From assembly GCF_037042905.1 (NCBI RefSeq), contig NC_087245.1:18726001-18790000 (forward strand): a stretch of 64,000 nucleotides of DNA, in the 5' to 3' direction. Of this stretch, positions 30,001-44,300 are shown one piece after another (position 1 is the stretch's first letter; every line of letters starts with the position of its first letter). A program made the position numbers and the translations under genes. This stretch comes from Lytechinus pictus. Taxonomy: Eukaryota. The notes below the pieces were generated by a model, which did not search any database, had not been told where the DNA came from, and worked only from the letters and a program-made list of their open reading frames with translations.

Positions 30001-33000
30001 TTTCTTATTGTCTGTCCCTATTTCATGGATTCTGAACTTATCAAACTTTTTTTTTTGATAGATTTAAAAAAAAAACATGCTACTGGTTCTCGATATAAGA
30101 AATAATTCCTTGTATAACATTTTTGTTTATTACCAATATTACTGCTCCTTAGCGAAATCCATAGATGAAGTGATTGCAATCCAGAAGCAGGCTGCTGCAG
30201 GCAATAAGAGCGTACCCAATGCTGGAGGAGATGGTGGAGCCGCTGCAGCAGCAGCATCAGCAGGCCCAGCCAAGCCATCTAGTTTCCCCCAACAGATGAT
30301 GTCAAGCCACTACCTATGTTCATATTGTGATAAACCATTCCGTACCAAGCAGAATTACGACGAACACACAAACACCATGGAACACAAGCGGAATATCAAG
30401 TCAGATACAGAACGCTCCTGGAAGTACAGAAGCGTTCCACTCAATGTCACTAATGGACAGTTCAAGATTTGTCAGAGGTAGGTGTTGATAGGTGTTAGTA
30501 AAGGTTTTGATAGGTGTTGATTTAGAGTAGAAGAATGATGAATATACCAACACCATGGAACATAATTTGAGGATCAAGTCAGATACAGAGCACTCCTGGG
30601 GGCTGCTTCATAAAGCTGTTCGTAAGTTAAGAGCGACTTTAAGAACGACTGGTGAACCTTTCTTACGAGCAAAACCATCGCTATTGAATATACCATTCGT
30701 CATAAGAAAGGATCACCAGTCGTTCTTAAAGTCGCTCTTAACCTTCGAACAGCTTTATGAAACACCCACCAGGGGCCCGTTGCATAAAACTTTTTACCTG
30801 AGAAAACTCAGGTTGTTTTTACCAAAGTTTTTGCCCTGTGTTAAAGTCAATGGCAGAAATCACACTAACCTTAGTTTTCATTTTTTACCAGAGTTTTCTA
30901 AGGTAAAAAGTTTTATGCAACAGGCTCCTGGAATTACATATAGAAACCCTCCACCTTATGTCACCAGTGGACAGTTCAGGTGTTCAAAATGGGTTAATGT
31001 TGAAAGGAAGCTACAACATGAGGATGGCAGGTGCAAGGATAGCAGGAAAAATGCTTTGATTATAGACTAAATCCACACTGCACAGTCAGTTTTAATCACT
31101 TTTGTAGGCTCTTTACTGGTCAGAACTTTCAAGCACTTCAAACTCAGACTGAATGCAAAACCCCCTGCATGATGCCAATTGACAAAGAAACATTATGGAT
31201 TTATAAAGGAAAAAGTGCATTTTATCTTTGGTATGCATTGTGAAAGCAATAAAATAAATCAGATTGTCAACAAAAATAGACATTTAGAGATCCTGGTTCG
31301 TCTGTCCGCCATACTGTACAAAGTTAATAAATCAATTTTGATAGAAAATGACCCCCCAAAAAAAAAAAAAAAAAAAACCTGACATACTTTTCCATATTGT
31401 CTCTCAATCAGAAATCTTAGGAACGTCTGTGACTACTCTGGAGTGGTGCAGGAGCGCAATGACTGTGCAGAGGCCCATAGTCAGGAAGAACTGGAGGAGT
31501 GGAAGGAAAGACATGAGTATCGCATGATGAAGATCGCCAAGGCCAAGGAACAGAAGCTATACTCCTTTGTGGATGAGCTTCTAGCAGAGTACAACCAGTC
31601 TTCCAATGCTGAGTATGATGTGGTAGGTTCTTGTAGCAGGTTCTCGAATCATGAAAAACAGACACGGATTGCTGCAATGAGTTGGGAAAGAGATTTGAGC
31701 AATGTTGAGTAATCAAGTCTTTCATGTGCTGTGCTGATTTGGCACTAAGGTGGTACATTAGCTTGCAATGAAGCAAGCATACAGAGGTTCATGGCATGCA
31801 GAGTTTGGTGCAGGCACATGTGCTATCCGTTGAGGGCATGATAAACAGATATGGTCCATCTTTTTCGCTCAAATTATGTATCACTAGAATTGCCCTCATT
31901 GCTGTGATTTCAACTATGTTTCATGAGTAGACAAGTATAATAGAAACACTTGATTATGATCATGGTTCAAAGAATGTGTATTATTATTTTTTAATTTAAA
32001 CTTTACTTCAAAAGTGTAGACAATTTTTGCTTTATATTGAGAGAATCTCCTTTGTGATGCGATTGCAACGATTCATGGTGCAAAAGAGCTTCTTGAGGAT
32101 ATATAGCTCATTGTGGGGGGGGGTGGTTGAATGTGTTTGTGTGTGTGTGTTAGGGCTGTTTTCAATGACTTCTTTATCGCTAGTCTTGTTGCGGTTTTTT
32201 TGCCACTTAGCGATATTGTTGTCCATAATACCGCTATTATGTAGGGACATGACGGTGATTTTCCGCGATTTCATGGAAACAGCCTTTCGAAATTGGCTTT
32301 TCAAATGGAAAATCACGGAAAACCTATTTTTTCCTCAAAATGCACAGAACAGCAACATAAATCGTTTCAAAATCTCCAGAAAATATGAATATTTACTAGC
32401 CACAAAACACGATCTCACTTCGCTATGATCATGACAATCCAAAAATCGTGACTGCACTCGACTCCATTCAATCATATATCGAATATCGAAAACATTCAGA
32501 AGCGCAAGCTCAATTTTAGCGAAGTAGCAACGTAGAAGGCAGCACACGGCAGTGTGTTGCTGCCCTCTATGTTCGAAGATGTACAGCACGATATCAAAAT
32601 GGCGGATAGGCGAAAGACATTGACTGCCTCAGAACGATGTCCAAAAAGCCCAAAAATTATCGATAAAACTTCATCCAACCCTAAAATTATGCTAATAATG
32701 TGAAAGGTGATTATGTATTTATGCTAAATATGTTCGTTGTTTTGTAATCATTTACATCCAATGAATGCGGATTTTAAAGCGTTTTTGGTACAGTGGCAGA
32801 TACAAATTTTGACCAACGCGAGTATTGTGTCATCGCTATAATGCATAAAAAATGCATATTGATTATGTTCTTTATTCGATAGTTATCAACATTGGTAAGG
32901 TATTTTTATTGATATATCGACAGAGAATTTTCTTAACGATAACAGCCCTAGTGTGTGGAGGGATGGACTTGGATAGTTTGGGGGATATTCTTGATAGGCT

Positions 33001-35334
33001 AATAACCAGATCAAAAACATTTAGAAAACTCTTTGTTTTTTGTGTTTTTTTTAGCAATTTCGATATTATTGTTTCTGTTACAGATGACGGAGGAGATTCC
33101 TGGGATCAGTACTATTTGTTCTAAGGACCTGAAGGCAATACTTCCAGTCAAAGAAAGGAAGTATGGTGAAGAGATTGCATTCCAATGGGAGTTTGAAGTA
33201 CAGTCAGTTAGGGTAAGACCGTCTTACACATAAACTATCTTGGTTTATTTCTTAGAATATGTGAAGTCAGCAATTCGCAAGTAATGATAATACTCATGAA
33301 GTCTGTAGAACTCTAGTTTCCATTTTATGAGAAGTGATAATGATGACACAAGCTCCAGTGACATTGATCATCGTAACAGGTAATCTGTATTTGGCTTTTG
33401 TACAGTAGGTAGTACTTTGTAATATTTCTGACACTGAGCTTAGAGCAAGTACTTAAAATACTAGTAATACAGTGCGTCCCACAAAAAACGAAACCGAGAT
33501 TTATCGATGATTTATCATAACTTAATCACAAATACAATAGACAAATGACCTACCATTGTAAAGCTTAGAATCTCCTCTTTCATCTGAAATTACTTAGATT
33601 ATTTCTCATTCACACATGACTGAGCAAAAACAATTTGAAGAGGGGATTCCAAAAAGTCATTTGGCGGGCTGTATCTGGGTTTCAAAAAGAAAACCACATT
33701 TTTATAAAGTTCAATATCTGCTCTTTAATTTGATACCTCAATTACAGAAAATGGTCAAAAAATAAAAAAGTTCTGGTTATTTGAAATAAGGCTTGAATTT
33801 CAATAATTTCATAAAATTAAGAGGTTCTACAGGCTAGCGTTCAAACTCACTTGACACTCCGTTTTGTTGATGATCAGCCATGCATTAAGTCTTTTGTTAA
33901 CCATGCGATTGCTTCTGTGGGAAACTGGTGAAAACACGTTTATTTAATGAAGTTATGGAAATACAAGCATTGTTTGGAGGGAAAATAACTTTTTTACTGC
34001 TTGACCATTTTTTGTGATCAAGGTATCAAATAAAGAGCAGATATTGAACTTTCTAGGCATGTGATTTTCTTTTTGAAATTCGGATACCCCCGCCAAATGA
34101 GTTTTTGGTATCCTTCAAATTGTTTTTGCTCACTCATGCGTGAATGGGGAAAAATCTAAGTAATATCAGATGAAAGAGGAGATTCTAAGCTTTACATTGG
34201 TAGGTCATTTGTCTATTGTATTTGTGATTAAGTTATGATAAATCATCGCTTAATCTCAGTTTCGTTTTTTCTGGGATGCACTGTATATTACATTGGGGGT
34301 CTTAGCTAATTAAGCTATTCAATCACAGGTTTGGTCTTCTCCTTTAGGTATTTTCAGGCCAGGGAAAGATAGATAATCTTTGTTTTGTTTTGTTTTACCT
34401 TGAAGTTTGTATCATGTTTGTTTGATTTAGTTTTTTTGTTTTAATGAAATGATGATTCTTATCTCTTTGTTCTTTGTACTTGCCGCATCCATACCGTATT
34501 CGTTTTAGCAAGCCTTTTTATGGGTTTTTTGTACATGCCCATTTCCATTCATTATTTTATTCATCTATATTTTTATAACTATGTACCTACCATTATCTTG
34601 TCATTACCACTGTTTGCTCCGGTTATGTTTTGTTGATACCTTTGTTTTGTTTCATTCTTATTTACATATAATTTTGTTCTCATTGTGTTCTTTTTAATTT
34701 GGAAATAAATACTTGAATTGAATTGAATTAAATTGAATATTTACCATGCGAGATAGAAGGAGGAATATTTAGACCATTGCATGAACCTTGGTGTTCATAA
34801 ACTACTAAGACATAAAACTACTACTTAATAAAAATCCTTAATGTGTCAAGTTCCTTCCATGGAAACTGACACTTGTGAGTTTTTAAATTTCCAGTGCTTA
34901 CTGTCATTGTAATGTCATCTATGGTGTGGATGGTCTAATTGATTATGCAATTTAAAAATCACTTCACAGAAATCTCTTAGGAGGGTTGGTCTCCTATATG
35001 ACGAGCATCGCCTTCACTTCCATTTGTCACAACCCGATGATGAAGACCGCCCTCAAGTGTGTCCCGGTGGTCTGATATCTGAAGTCGGCGGAACGTCCTA
35101 CAAGATCAAGATTGAATTCCATACTCATATCCTGGGTCTCTTCCATCAGTGGGTTGTCTTTGACTTTGGTAAGTTAGAATGGTGATAATGGGATCGTGAT
35201 GGTGATTGGTAAAATTGCAAGTGATGCTTCTGGTGGTGATGTTGATACCGGTGATGAAGAGGAGGATGATGTTGGTGGAGATGGTGATGATGGTTGTGAG
35301 GAGATGGTGGTGGTGGTGGTGATGGTGGTAATGG

Positions 35335-35372
<38 letters not shown>

Positions 35373-38300
35373 GTGGTGATATGATGATGATGATGGTGAT
35401 GATGATGATGATGATGGTGGTGGTGATATGATGATGATGGTGATGATATGATGATGATGGTGGTGATATGATGATGATAATGAAAATGATAGTGCTGTTT
35501 GGGGAAAATATGAAGAAAAGGGTGATTGTTGGGAATATTGATTATCTAGGTGATTATAACAATCAACAGTGATTGCCATAATTGTAATGAGTAGGATAAG
35601 TGATGAAAATGTTTGAACAGCGTTGCAATGGATATGAACATCACTTGATGATATTCTTTTCCTACAACATATCTTTTCTATCTTTTTTTAATGTTGGTAT
35701 GTGTAGGTGAGAAGCCTGTATTGTTGCGGAAGCTTTCCATCCATGTTGGATCATCCAATGAGCTTGAAAAGTTTGCTAAGCAGCAGCAGACAAGGGAGAA
35801 GATCAAACTCTGGGATAGCGGTAACAGTCAGATCATCCCGTTCACCAAACCAGACATCCATGAGTGGGAAAGACAGTAAGTCAAACAAGTGCTGAATGCT
35901 TGCAGGGTGATCCTGCTTCCAAATATCTTGCTCATATGGGCATCCAATTTCAAACTTTAAATGAGGGTTGAGTTATTAACAGAGAGGATGACCAAAGTCT
36001 ATGTTAGAGGCTGGATTTATTGAAAATGATTTTAACATAAAAGGTGTGTTTGTGGCAAAACTTGTCCATGGAGCCTTTATCATTCCTTCCTAACCCCCCC
36101 CCCACAAACAAAAAGAAAATATGATATTAAAGGCTTCACATATTCTCGATGTTGGTGGTGGTGGTGATGATGATGACGATGATGATGATGGCGATGATAA
36201 TTATAGTATTTATTATATTTTTTTATGGTAAGAAGAAAAAAAAAGAAGTTGCTGAGTTTCTCCACCATTACTCCCTCCTCAGATTGATAGCTCATTACAA
36301 ACAACCTACAACCCTGTCAGGTCTGGAGGATGAAGAGACTGATAGACGATTGAATGAAGAGAACTACAAACTTCACATGCATCGTATGCTGAATCTAGAA
36401 GAACTAGCATGCATGGATAGACTCATAAGGTATGGTATCTTCAAATAGTTTCATGTCGTAGTAGATTATAAATAATCATGTCTCAATAGCATGAAAATAA
36501 TCCTTGAAGAAATGCTGAGTAATCATAGGTCTGTTATCACAAAGAAAATCATCCTGCTTAATAAAAGAATAAAGAAAAATTCCTTATTATGACCTACACA
36601 TTTTCTTATATAACATTTCATGGATTTCAATGAGCTATTATAATGCAAACAGGTTTTCTTTCACACCTCGACAGATAATAAAGAATTGATAATGATTTAC
36701 TGAGTCATAGCCCATGGATTCAGAAGCAAATGATGTTCTGTAATTCTATTCTATGACTATACATTGTAGATATAGTACTTCTTCTGAGATGTCCGTGTCG
36801 AACCAAGCTGACATGGGTTACCCCTACGGGACTCTTTTCGCTTCTAATGGGGAACTCTTTGGTACCATCAAGATTGAGGTACCGTTGTATGACGACTCCG
36901 AGACATCACAGATCGTTAGGGAGAGTGTTTCCCAGGTCCTTCTCAAATTCAATCAAGAATCTGATGTGGTCTATGAAGCAGTCATCATCAAGGTGAGATT
37001 GATTTATTTGACAATCATGGTTACATCTTTGCTTTTCACAACTTTACTCATGCAAAGTTTCGGTTTACCCCATTGAAATTAGAGAGGGTTGGGAGGGGGG
37101 TAAGTCAGCATATGTAGATCACTGTTATTCGTCTAAACTGGTTTATCACAGTTTTGCTCTTCAAAGCTGCCTGAGGCATCTCATTCCAGTCGCAGTAATG
37201 ATCAATTTTTAACTATCTCCCCCCCCCCCTGGATTACGTGGGTGGCCTCATTGTCCTTGTTACTCAAAATGCTCTCGCCTTTCCTTCCATTTTGCCCATT
37301 TAAAATATCTTCCATTTCTAATCCAACCTTCCTCATATTCTTTCTTCAACACTTGCATCTGTCGTGTTTTGATGCCCTTTAATTTATTATCAACCTACAT
37401 CTCGAAGGCCCTTCTCAAAATATAAGTCAATACCAATTTTCTGTATTTGTCTCACCATCTGATCCACTGCTTCCAATTTCTACATCTACATCAAAGATAA
37501 ATAAATACTGATAACCCTTGCTTTCGATTCCGCACAGAACGCCATGCCCAAGGACCAATCAGACGACTATGTCTGTGTCAAGTTGAGTGCCCAGTGTGTC
37601 CAGGAGCAGAACCTGACATCCTTTGTGACCTTCAGCGGAGACAAAGCAGCATCTCAGAAGGTAGTCCCAGTGATCATCCAGTTCCAGCTTGATCGTATCA
37701 ACTTTGTCTACCAGCACCATGCCGTGGATAACCTCAACTGCATGACCGTCCTCTTCCCGCCTTATCCTCAACAGGACAAGTACGTGTTCCAGGGATTGAG
37801 CGATGTTTATTTCGTATTCCAATTATAGATTAATGTATTGTTCGGGTCATCTGATTTTGGCAATGTAGACATACGGTGACCACAAAATCATGTTTTGTGA
37901 TCATTTTAAATACCAAATCATGTGATGTACATGTATGTAGCAATTATTTTATTTCACGATCAATATTGAATGACCAATTATCATGATGATTCTGTTCTTG
38001 TGCAGGGGCAGCACCATAAGAGAGGTGCCAACCTCCCCACCCCCCCCCCACTATTCAATCAGTGAAAAAATTAGGAGAAAAATAAAGAGGAATCGGAAGA
38101 ATAGTTTAAAAAGAAGTGGTATAATTAGGAGAGGTATAAAAAGGAGATGTCTGGATCATTTAAATCTATGATATCTCTGTAATTTCAGTTGAGAAAAAAT
38201 ATGTCACCTTTCTTCGGGTCATTTTGTTGAACGTGTTTTGAAATGATCTCGGCAGGTTTGAGTATGTCAGCTGGAGGGAAGTCGAGAGTCGAGATGAGAA

Positions 38301-41300
38301 GATGAATCCAAGGCAGGAGAAAGCGGCTCGCTTCATCTGCTCTGCTGGTGGTCTCCGTGGCAACAGCCACTTCCGAGGCAAAGGTCCTGTTATAATATTT
38401 GGTCCGTTCGGCACCGGCAAGACCTACACGATGGCCAACTCTGTAAAGCGGACTATGCTCGTCAGGAATGACTCGCGCATCTTGATCTGCACTAGATCCA
38501 ATAGGTAAGTAATAAGTGACTGACTATGCTCACACAGTTCCTGGGAGAGTGTTTCATGAGGGAACATTGTCAGTGATTTTGACTGTAAGCCACTGGAATA
38601 CCTGTATTTGATTGGCTGAGAGTCTATCTGTTTGTTAAAGTCTCTGTTAAGTTGCTTCATGAATGGAAAATTATTTACTGTATAGATCTAATACTTACAG
38701 GATTTTTTTCCAGAGTGTAGGAATTTTCATCAAAGTAAATGTCATTCAGAATTAAAAATGGAAAATAATTAAAAAGCTCTTGGAAAATAAATGCAGTTTA
38801 GGATTTAAATATGCCCTCCGTTGATATCTGTAAGACTTTCCCAATTCACAAATACTCTCGTCCATCTATTTGATTCAGGCTTTGATTATTCAGAGAGCTT
38901 GAAGTAAGATCAGAAAACACTGGTAATCTCCAATTTATTTTTTTTTGGGGGGGTATGCATGCATTCATTCATGGATGATTGAAAGTTGTGATGAGGTATG
39001 AGTCTAGCGTTAGTGGAACATGCATATTTGAATCTAGGAATTTAGAATGCATTACAACTTGGTTACTGATGGGGAACACTGAAACTCTTTTTTTTTTGTA
39101 GTATATCCCATTAAACTGAAACTTTGACCTTTGTTCACCTTTCCAAATCATATAATCTTCTCTTGCAATGTGTTTCTTTCATTTTACAGTGCTGCTGACC
39201 TGTACATCACTGAGCACTTAGACGAGTTCTGTAGCGAACATCCTGGGACAGTCTACATGGTGCGGATGTATTCAGTGACTCGCCAGACTGGAACCATCCA
39301 TGAGAAAGTCATGAAGTATGTGCTGAAAGACGACCAGGGAAACCTGAGACATCCATATGACCAGGAGCTGAGTGGTAAGTGACTTTATTCTGCTTGAAAA
39401 TGCTCAAAAAGTCAGAAGCAATGTCTCCTACCTATTGAATGGTTGCTTTTCTCGTAATAGAGCAGGAGCATATTTGTGTGTCAGCACACGGTTTAGTCTT
39501 TCTCTTGTCCCTAATATCTTATTCATGTGTACAATAGATCCATAACAATATAGAGGGCAGGTTGGGGGGGATTTAAATGATAAAGGCTCTAAAGCAATCA
39601 CAACTAAACTGTTTACTTTGTCTATGTTTTTAAAAATTCCCAATGGCTATATCTGTTTGGTTTGTGTACTTAAATTCCATTTTATTTATGTTTTCTGTTT
39701 GTTAATTTTTAATCTGATGCAAAAAAAAAAATCTGCATTTTGGATGCTAATAAATTCAATTCTTCATACTGGTTTCATGATTATCCGAGAATAAGATACT
39801 AGTGATATGCTTCTCAAAGCACTGCACTTAAAACTTTGCTGGAGTGGTTTTGTCTTATGTCTTCTCCCTTCGGCTCCCCTCCCCCTTCATATCTTGTTTC
39901 TAATCATATTTAACAAGAAAATGTCATGGCACATTTGCTATCTTTTCACTTTGTGTCACATCTGAAAAAAATTTGGTGGTCACAGTTTGGAGCCCTTATT
40001 TGAGTCTGTCATAAACTCGGAATAACTTTATGAATAATTTAATGAAACCATTCCTGGTTTAGAAGTCCAAGATTATTCACATGTTTTCAATACTTTGATG
40101 TTCAAGTTCTTATGAACTCAAGACATGTATTGACTGTGGTACCATTATGTCACCCACAGACTGGGCCACTTATGCCAAGACACAGACGGAAAGCAACCGT
40201 CGGACACCCAACATTGTCATCGCAACCTTGAACACAGCCATTCACCTGACCCGTAATCTTGACCTGAAGGAGTACTTCACCCACATCATCATCGATGAAG
40301 CTGGTCAGGTCAGAGAGACGCAAGCCATCATTCCCCTTCAGCTGGCAACAAATGATACGTGTGTCGTACTGGCCGGTGATCACAAACAAATAAGCCCAAA
40401 GGTATAAACAGATATCAGTTGTAAATGCAAATACTTTTAACAGGGAATTGCGAGAAATTTGCGATTGGAAATGATACAATTGAGTGAAATGATGGATTGT
40501 TTAACTCATGTAAGATTTATCTATCAGTTTCCTGCAATACCCCTACAGTATGTTAGGGTTAAAGAGTCTGTTTGGTTGTAAATGTTTATATGTACTTATT
40601 ATTATCTATGTTTAAAAAAAATACAACCGTGTATCATAACTTATTTCTTAATCCTTAATCCTTTCAAACCTTGTGTATCTCATTTTTCAAATTATGGATG
40701 CCTAAGAATACATCTCCAAAGCTATCCATTTTGTGAATATATTAGAAGTTGATTAAAATCATGATTTCAGGTACCATGATACAAATGATTGGTAAGATTA
40801 TGAATATTCTTGCGCTCTCATTCACAGGTATACTCTCCCCGTGCCCGCAGTGCCAAATTCAACGAATCTTTGATCCAGCGACTCTTCACGTACAGTCGCG
40901 ACCACAAGTGCTTCTTTCACCTCCTCCTGACCTACAACTACAGGTCCTGTAAGGAAATCCTTGACTTCCTGGCCTCCTACTACCGTGCTCGCCTAGAAGC
41001 CCGGGGTACCCACCCAAGACATCCTCTCTTCTATCCTCTGAACTTCTATGTGGTGAAGGGAGAAGACAAGCTGATGGGAACATCCTATGTGAATTTACAG
41101 GAGATGCTAGAAGTGGCCTTCAGAGTGGACGATCTGGTTCAGAACTGGCCCCCTGCCTGGGGTCCAGTCGATGATGAGAGCATAGCTGTTCTGACCCCAT
41201 ACACCCTCCAGGTAAGAAGATCCATCAGGTTTATGGTGGGGATAAGTTCTTGACCTGGTGACGCATGGAAATTGTGGTTATAATGCACCTCAGAATATGT

Positions 41301-44300
41301 GTATGTGCTTGCTTTAAGATTTTGGAATCACCAATATCGGAAGAATCATCTCAATTTTTCTCAGCTGTTGGTTTGTTTTTCCCACCTCTATTTGGCAAGT
41401 TTATTGTTGCCTCTGGCCAGTATTCTGAACCCGTTAAATTCACTCTTCATTCTAACGTTTTGGTAATTGTGACACAAGTCTCTCATAATACAGGTTTAAT
41501 TTACATTTGCTTAGAATTGTCAAGCAATAATTACCAAATTAGCATTCTTCACCATTAAAGCATTTGGAAAAACATAAGAAACATACAGTTTAACAAAACT
41601 TTTGACATTTTTGGCTTCCCGTAATTTTAGCAGATTTTAATAGACTGAAGCCTATAATGTTAAAATGTACTTCATATAAATGTGTTTCCCCAAGGCATTT
41701 GAGTGACATGTGTGGTTGAAGTTCAGGGGGCCGTTTCATAAAAGTTGTCAGCACTGACAAGTTATCTTTCTCCGACAGTTACCTTAGTAACTATCAGAGG
41801 CCAGTGCCTCTCAGCCAATCAAAACCAAGGATTTCACTGAAATTGTCAGTATTGACAATTTTAATCAGTGCTGACAACTTCATGAAACACCCACCAGGAC
41901 TTATGTTATGTTGACATAAAAATGAAGGAAAAAATGTCAATAATCATTACATGTAGAAGTAAAGAGAAGGATTGATTCTTGTACATTGTAGAAAGTTGTA
42001 GAAATGTTGAGGGGATCTTTTCTCTTTTTGCTCTTTTTCTAGGTGCACATCATACGCAAGGAGCTTAGGCGCAGAGGCTTGGGACAAATCACTGTTGACA
42101 CTGTACAGAATGTGCAAGGTAGAGATATCTTTTACAATTTATTTTTTTATTAGAATACTTTCATTATATTGCTATGACAACTAGTGTTTTTATTTATCCA
42201 CCATGATGCAGAGATACCAACCCAGACGATTCCATTGTAAGGCTCCTGGAAATGAAATTACTTCTTTACCTGTTTAAAACAAAAAATTAAAAAAGTGTTT
42301 TTCACATGAGCTTTTCAATTCTTATGCTCTTTGTTTGACAGATGCTCAGCAGTGTTGATTCAAATAGCCAAGATCTTCTTTTGAACTTCACTATACAATG
42401 AAACCAAATATCACAAAAGAATAAATCTATGCTGAATGTACATGGAACACCAAGGCACTATCATGAAGGGTTATAGGCAATTTTCTTTTAGAACTTGTAT
42501 GTTATTTTCCCTTACAACTATTTGCATGACAGTAAATGTATATTGGAAACATTGATGTATAAGCATCTTTTTCAATCAGATATTTCTTGTATTAAGATGA
42601 ACATTTGGTTGTTGGTTGTTTATTCACTGGTCTTTTAAAATTTCTTAAGTGAAATTCATAATTCATTTCTTTTTACACTTGCAGGAAAGCAGTTCAGGGC
42701 TGTGGTGATTAGTACAGTTCGTACCAGAGAGACGGTCAACAAGGCTCATATCACTGCTATTCCACAAGCGTCAGGAAACCATCAAGAAAACGAGTTCTAC
42801 TATGCCTTCCTGTCTGACGAGCGCCTCCTCAACACGGCATTCACCCGTGCCAAGTCGTTGATCCTAGTGGTAGGGGACCCAGTGGCTCTCTGCTCAGTCG
42901 GGGCCTGCAACATGACATGGGTACGCTACATGCAGGAATGCCAGAAGAACAACAGCATAATGCCACCAGATATGACCATGGATATGATTCAGGAGGAGAT
43001 AGCAGCTGCAAAGCAGAGGCTGAATCCCACTGCTGCACCATTTCAACCACGGAAGGGAATATCTTCCTCGACAACATCCACGGCTTCTCCAAAGACACAT
43101 CAGTCGGCTTCCGCTTCTAACCATGTAGGTGGTTCTCCATCCCGATGGACTGATGGGAATAGCATATGGAGTAGGTCCACTAGGAATACCCGCAGTAGTT
43201 TCCCAGCAGGAGCAACTGCAGGATATCAGCGACTAAACAGTGACGAATATCCAGAACTACCCGAACTGAATCATGTCCAAAATCATGCTCAGAATACCTT
43301 GCATGAATCAGATGAGGAAGATGAGTTTGAAGATACAAATGAGTTTGAGGACATAAATATCCAGGATGATGACCTCCTGGAAGAGCTCCGTCTACAAGTG
43401 AAAGTGGACTATCAAGAGGAGATGAAGAAAAGTGGTGAAACCATTGAAAGTCCAGAATCTGGTGAGGGTACAGAGTCTGAACCCGAAACATCACCAGAAC
43501 CTGAAGAAACACCTCCACCTCAGATACTGCAGCGAGGTAAACCTGTTCCAGCACCCTTAGAAAGAGGTGCCACCCAAAGGGAAGCAGACAGTAAATCTAA
43601 ACCACAGAGAGAAACTGTAAAACAAGCCACTCAGACACTACCCACCCAGCAGCCTCAAACTTTGTCAACAGGTCAGCCATCCAAGCCAGATGTCGATATT
43701 TCAATCCCAACTGACGGAAATATTCCCAGCTTCCGTATGGTGGAAAGGGCTGGACGAATTGCTTTGCTGCCAAGACACATGCCGCAGAGGGCCCTAAGTC
43801 AAGTAGAAGATTATGATTCAGATGAAGATGAAGCACACGGAGTGGCAGATGAAAAAACTGAAGATGACTTCCTGGAGAAGACCGTTACGGAACCTGAAAA
43901 GTTCAAGGTCTGCACCTTCAGATATGATTTAAAGGGCAGGACAGAAGCCATACCTCATGAACGTGAAGCTTCAGAGGTCATATCAATCACCAGCAAGAAA
44001 CGAAGAGGGCAAGCATTAGATAATGATGAGGTTGTGGTTGAAATAGTAGAGAACACAGAGGGCACAGAAGAATTGGAAGGAGTCGATTTGCTTGTGAAGG
44101 AGGAAGAAGAAAATCGAATCTATGGGAAAGTTGTTCACATCCTGAAAAGAGATTCTGATCCCTATCTACGCAAACTTGTTTGTACCCTAGACCCCTTCAG
44201 CAACAACCTGATGGTGCCAGTAGACCGTACATTCCCAAAGCTCTTCATAACGAAGACAGAAGACAAAGCTGAAGAGTCAAGAGACAAGAATCTGACAAAG

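Noticed and set aside
31850..33012. CpG-richer intronic segment with several short ORFs
   Set aside because: No recognisable protein motifs or convincing termini; probably an old transposon, but I cannot support a call.
35106..35579. His-rich or Met-rich ORFs
   Set aside because: Translations of a (GAT/GGT)n microsatellite; the same applies at 36080-36304 and 58613-59144.
37250..37500. Possible minus-strand RTE-like LINE remnant
   Set aside because: Too degenerate to confirm by eye.
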